64,000 nucleotides of DNA from Zootoca vivipara (taxonomy: Eukaryota), in the NCBI RefSeq assembly GCF_963506605.1, contig NC_083277.1, positions 56,110,001 to 56,174,000 of the forward strand. The letters are read 5' to 3'. Both the position numbers and the translations under genes were made by a program. Of this stretch, positions 63,171 through 64,000 are shown one piece after another (within the stretch, counting starts at the first letter, position 1; every line of letters begins with the position of its first letter). Under the pieces are notes generated by a model, which saw nothing but the letters and a program-made list of their open reading frames with translations, did not search any database and was not told where the DNA came from.

Positions 63171-64000
63171 GGCGTTGCCAGGATTTTGGCTATGCCCATG
63201 GCTGCTACTAAGAACCAAGTTGCAGTAATGAGCATTTATTTTAAGGCGAAAAAGAAATATGAATTATGTGGTGTTCTGCTGCAGTGCCTCTTGTGGGCAC
63301 TGAGGGATTGCAGATCTGGAAGAACTCCGAAAAAGCAGCCTTTCTCATGCTTTGCTTTGCGGGTGCTGCACTTACACACTAGGATGACTCCCTTCTCTGT
63401 TTGGTTTCTCGTTCGTGTTACCTGGTCAGGTTTGGGCTAAACTAAGATGTGGCAGCGACACACAGAAAGGTGGATTTCACACATCAATTTTGTGGCTACG
63501 TTCAGGCTGCTGTGGTTATTTATTTTATTTATTTATTAGATTTGTATACCTCCCTTCATCTGAAGATGTCAAGGTGGTTCACAGCATAAAAGATCGGTCC
63601 CATTTACCTTGATATTATTCCTTCTGAGTAGACATGCACAACATTGCACTGTCCATTGCACACACATACTGTACACCCACTCACACACATGAGGGCAACG
63701 TTTTATCTCCACTGTATGCCTCTGAGTGGCTTTTGTTGGGAATTGCAGGTGGGAGACTGTTGTTGTGTTTGGGTCCTGCTTGCAGGCTACCCACGGAAAT
63801 CTGTTTGGCTACTGTGAGAACAGGATGCTGGAATAGATGGGCCAATGGCTTGCCTTGCAGTTCCCAACAACTGGTATTCAGAGGCATGATGCTTCTGGCT
63901 GTGGAAGCAGAAAGGAATTTACTCAATAGATGCCTCAGCTTTTTGTTTCTGATGGGCAGGAGCAGAATGAGTGCCTCAAAGAGCCTTCCTGAGATCGACG

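Overview
Vertebrate genomic DNA, almost certainly a squamate and probably a lacertid lizard (full-length Sauria SINEs, BovB, CR1/L2 fragments, hAT MITEs). It is syntenic with human 3p21.31. I reconstructed six protein-coding genes by hand from GT-AG splice sites with consistent exon phases: the last four exons of RNF123 (+), AMIGO3 (-, single coding exon nested antisense in a >18 kb RNF123 intron), GMPPB (-, 9 coding exons, 360 aa), NICN1 (+, 6 coding exons, 220 aa), AMT (+, 9 exons, 407 aa) and TCTA (-, 3 exons, 119 aa). GMPPB and NICN1 sit head-to-head across a CpG island, which differs from the human gene order. Introns and intergenic DNA carry many transposons, several with intact TSDs. 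I found no convincing new protein-coding system. The best leads are regulatory or evolutionary: the GMPPB/NICN1 bidirectional promoter with RFX and NF-Y motifs, MITEs carrying ZNF143/THAP11-like or NRF1/ETS motifs, a SINE inserted at an AMT splice donor, and a nearly intact BovB. Comparisons with human orthologues and repeat families are from memory, not from searches.
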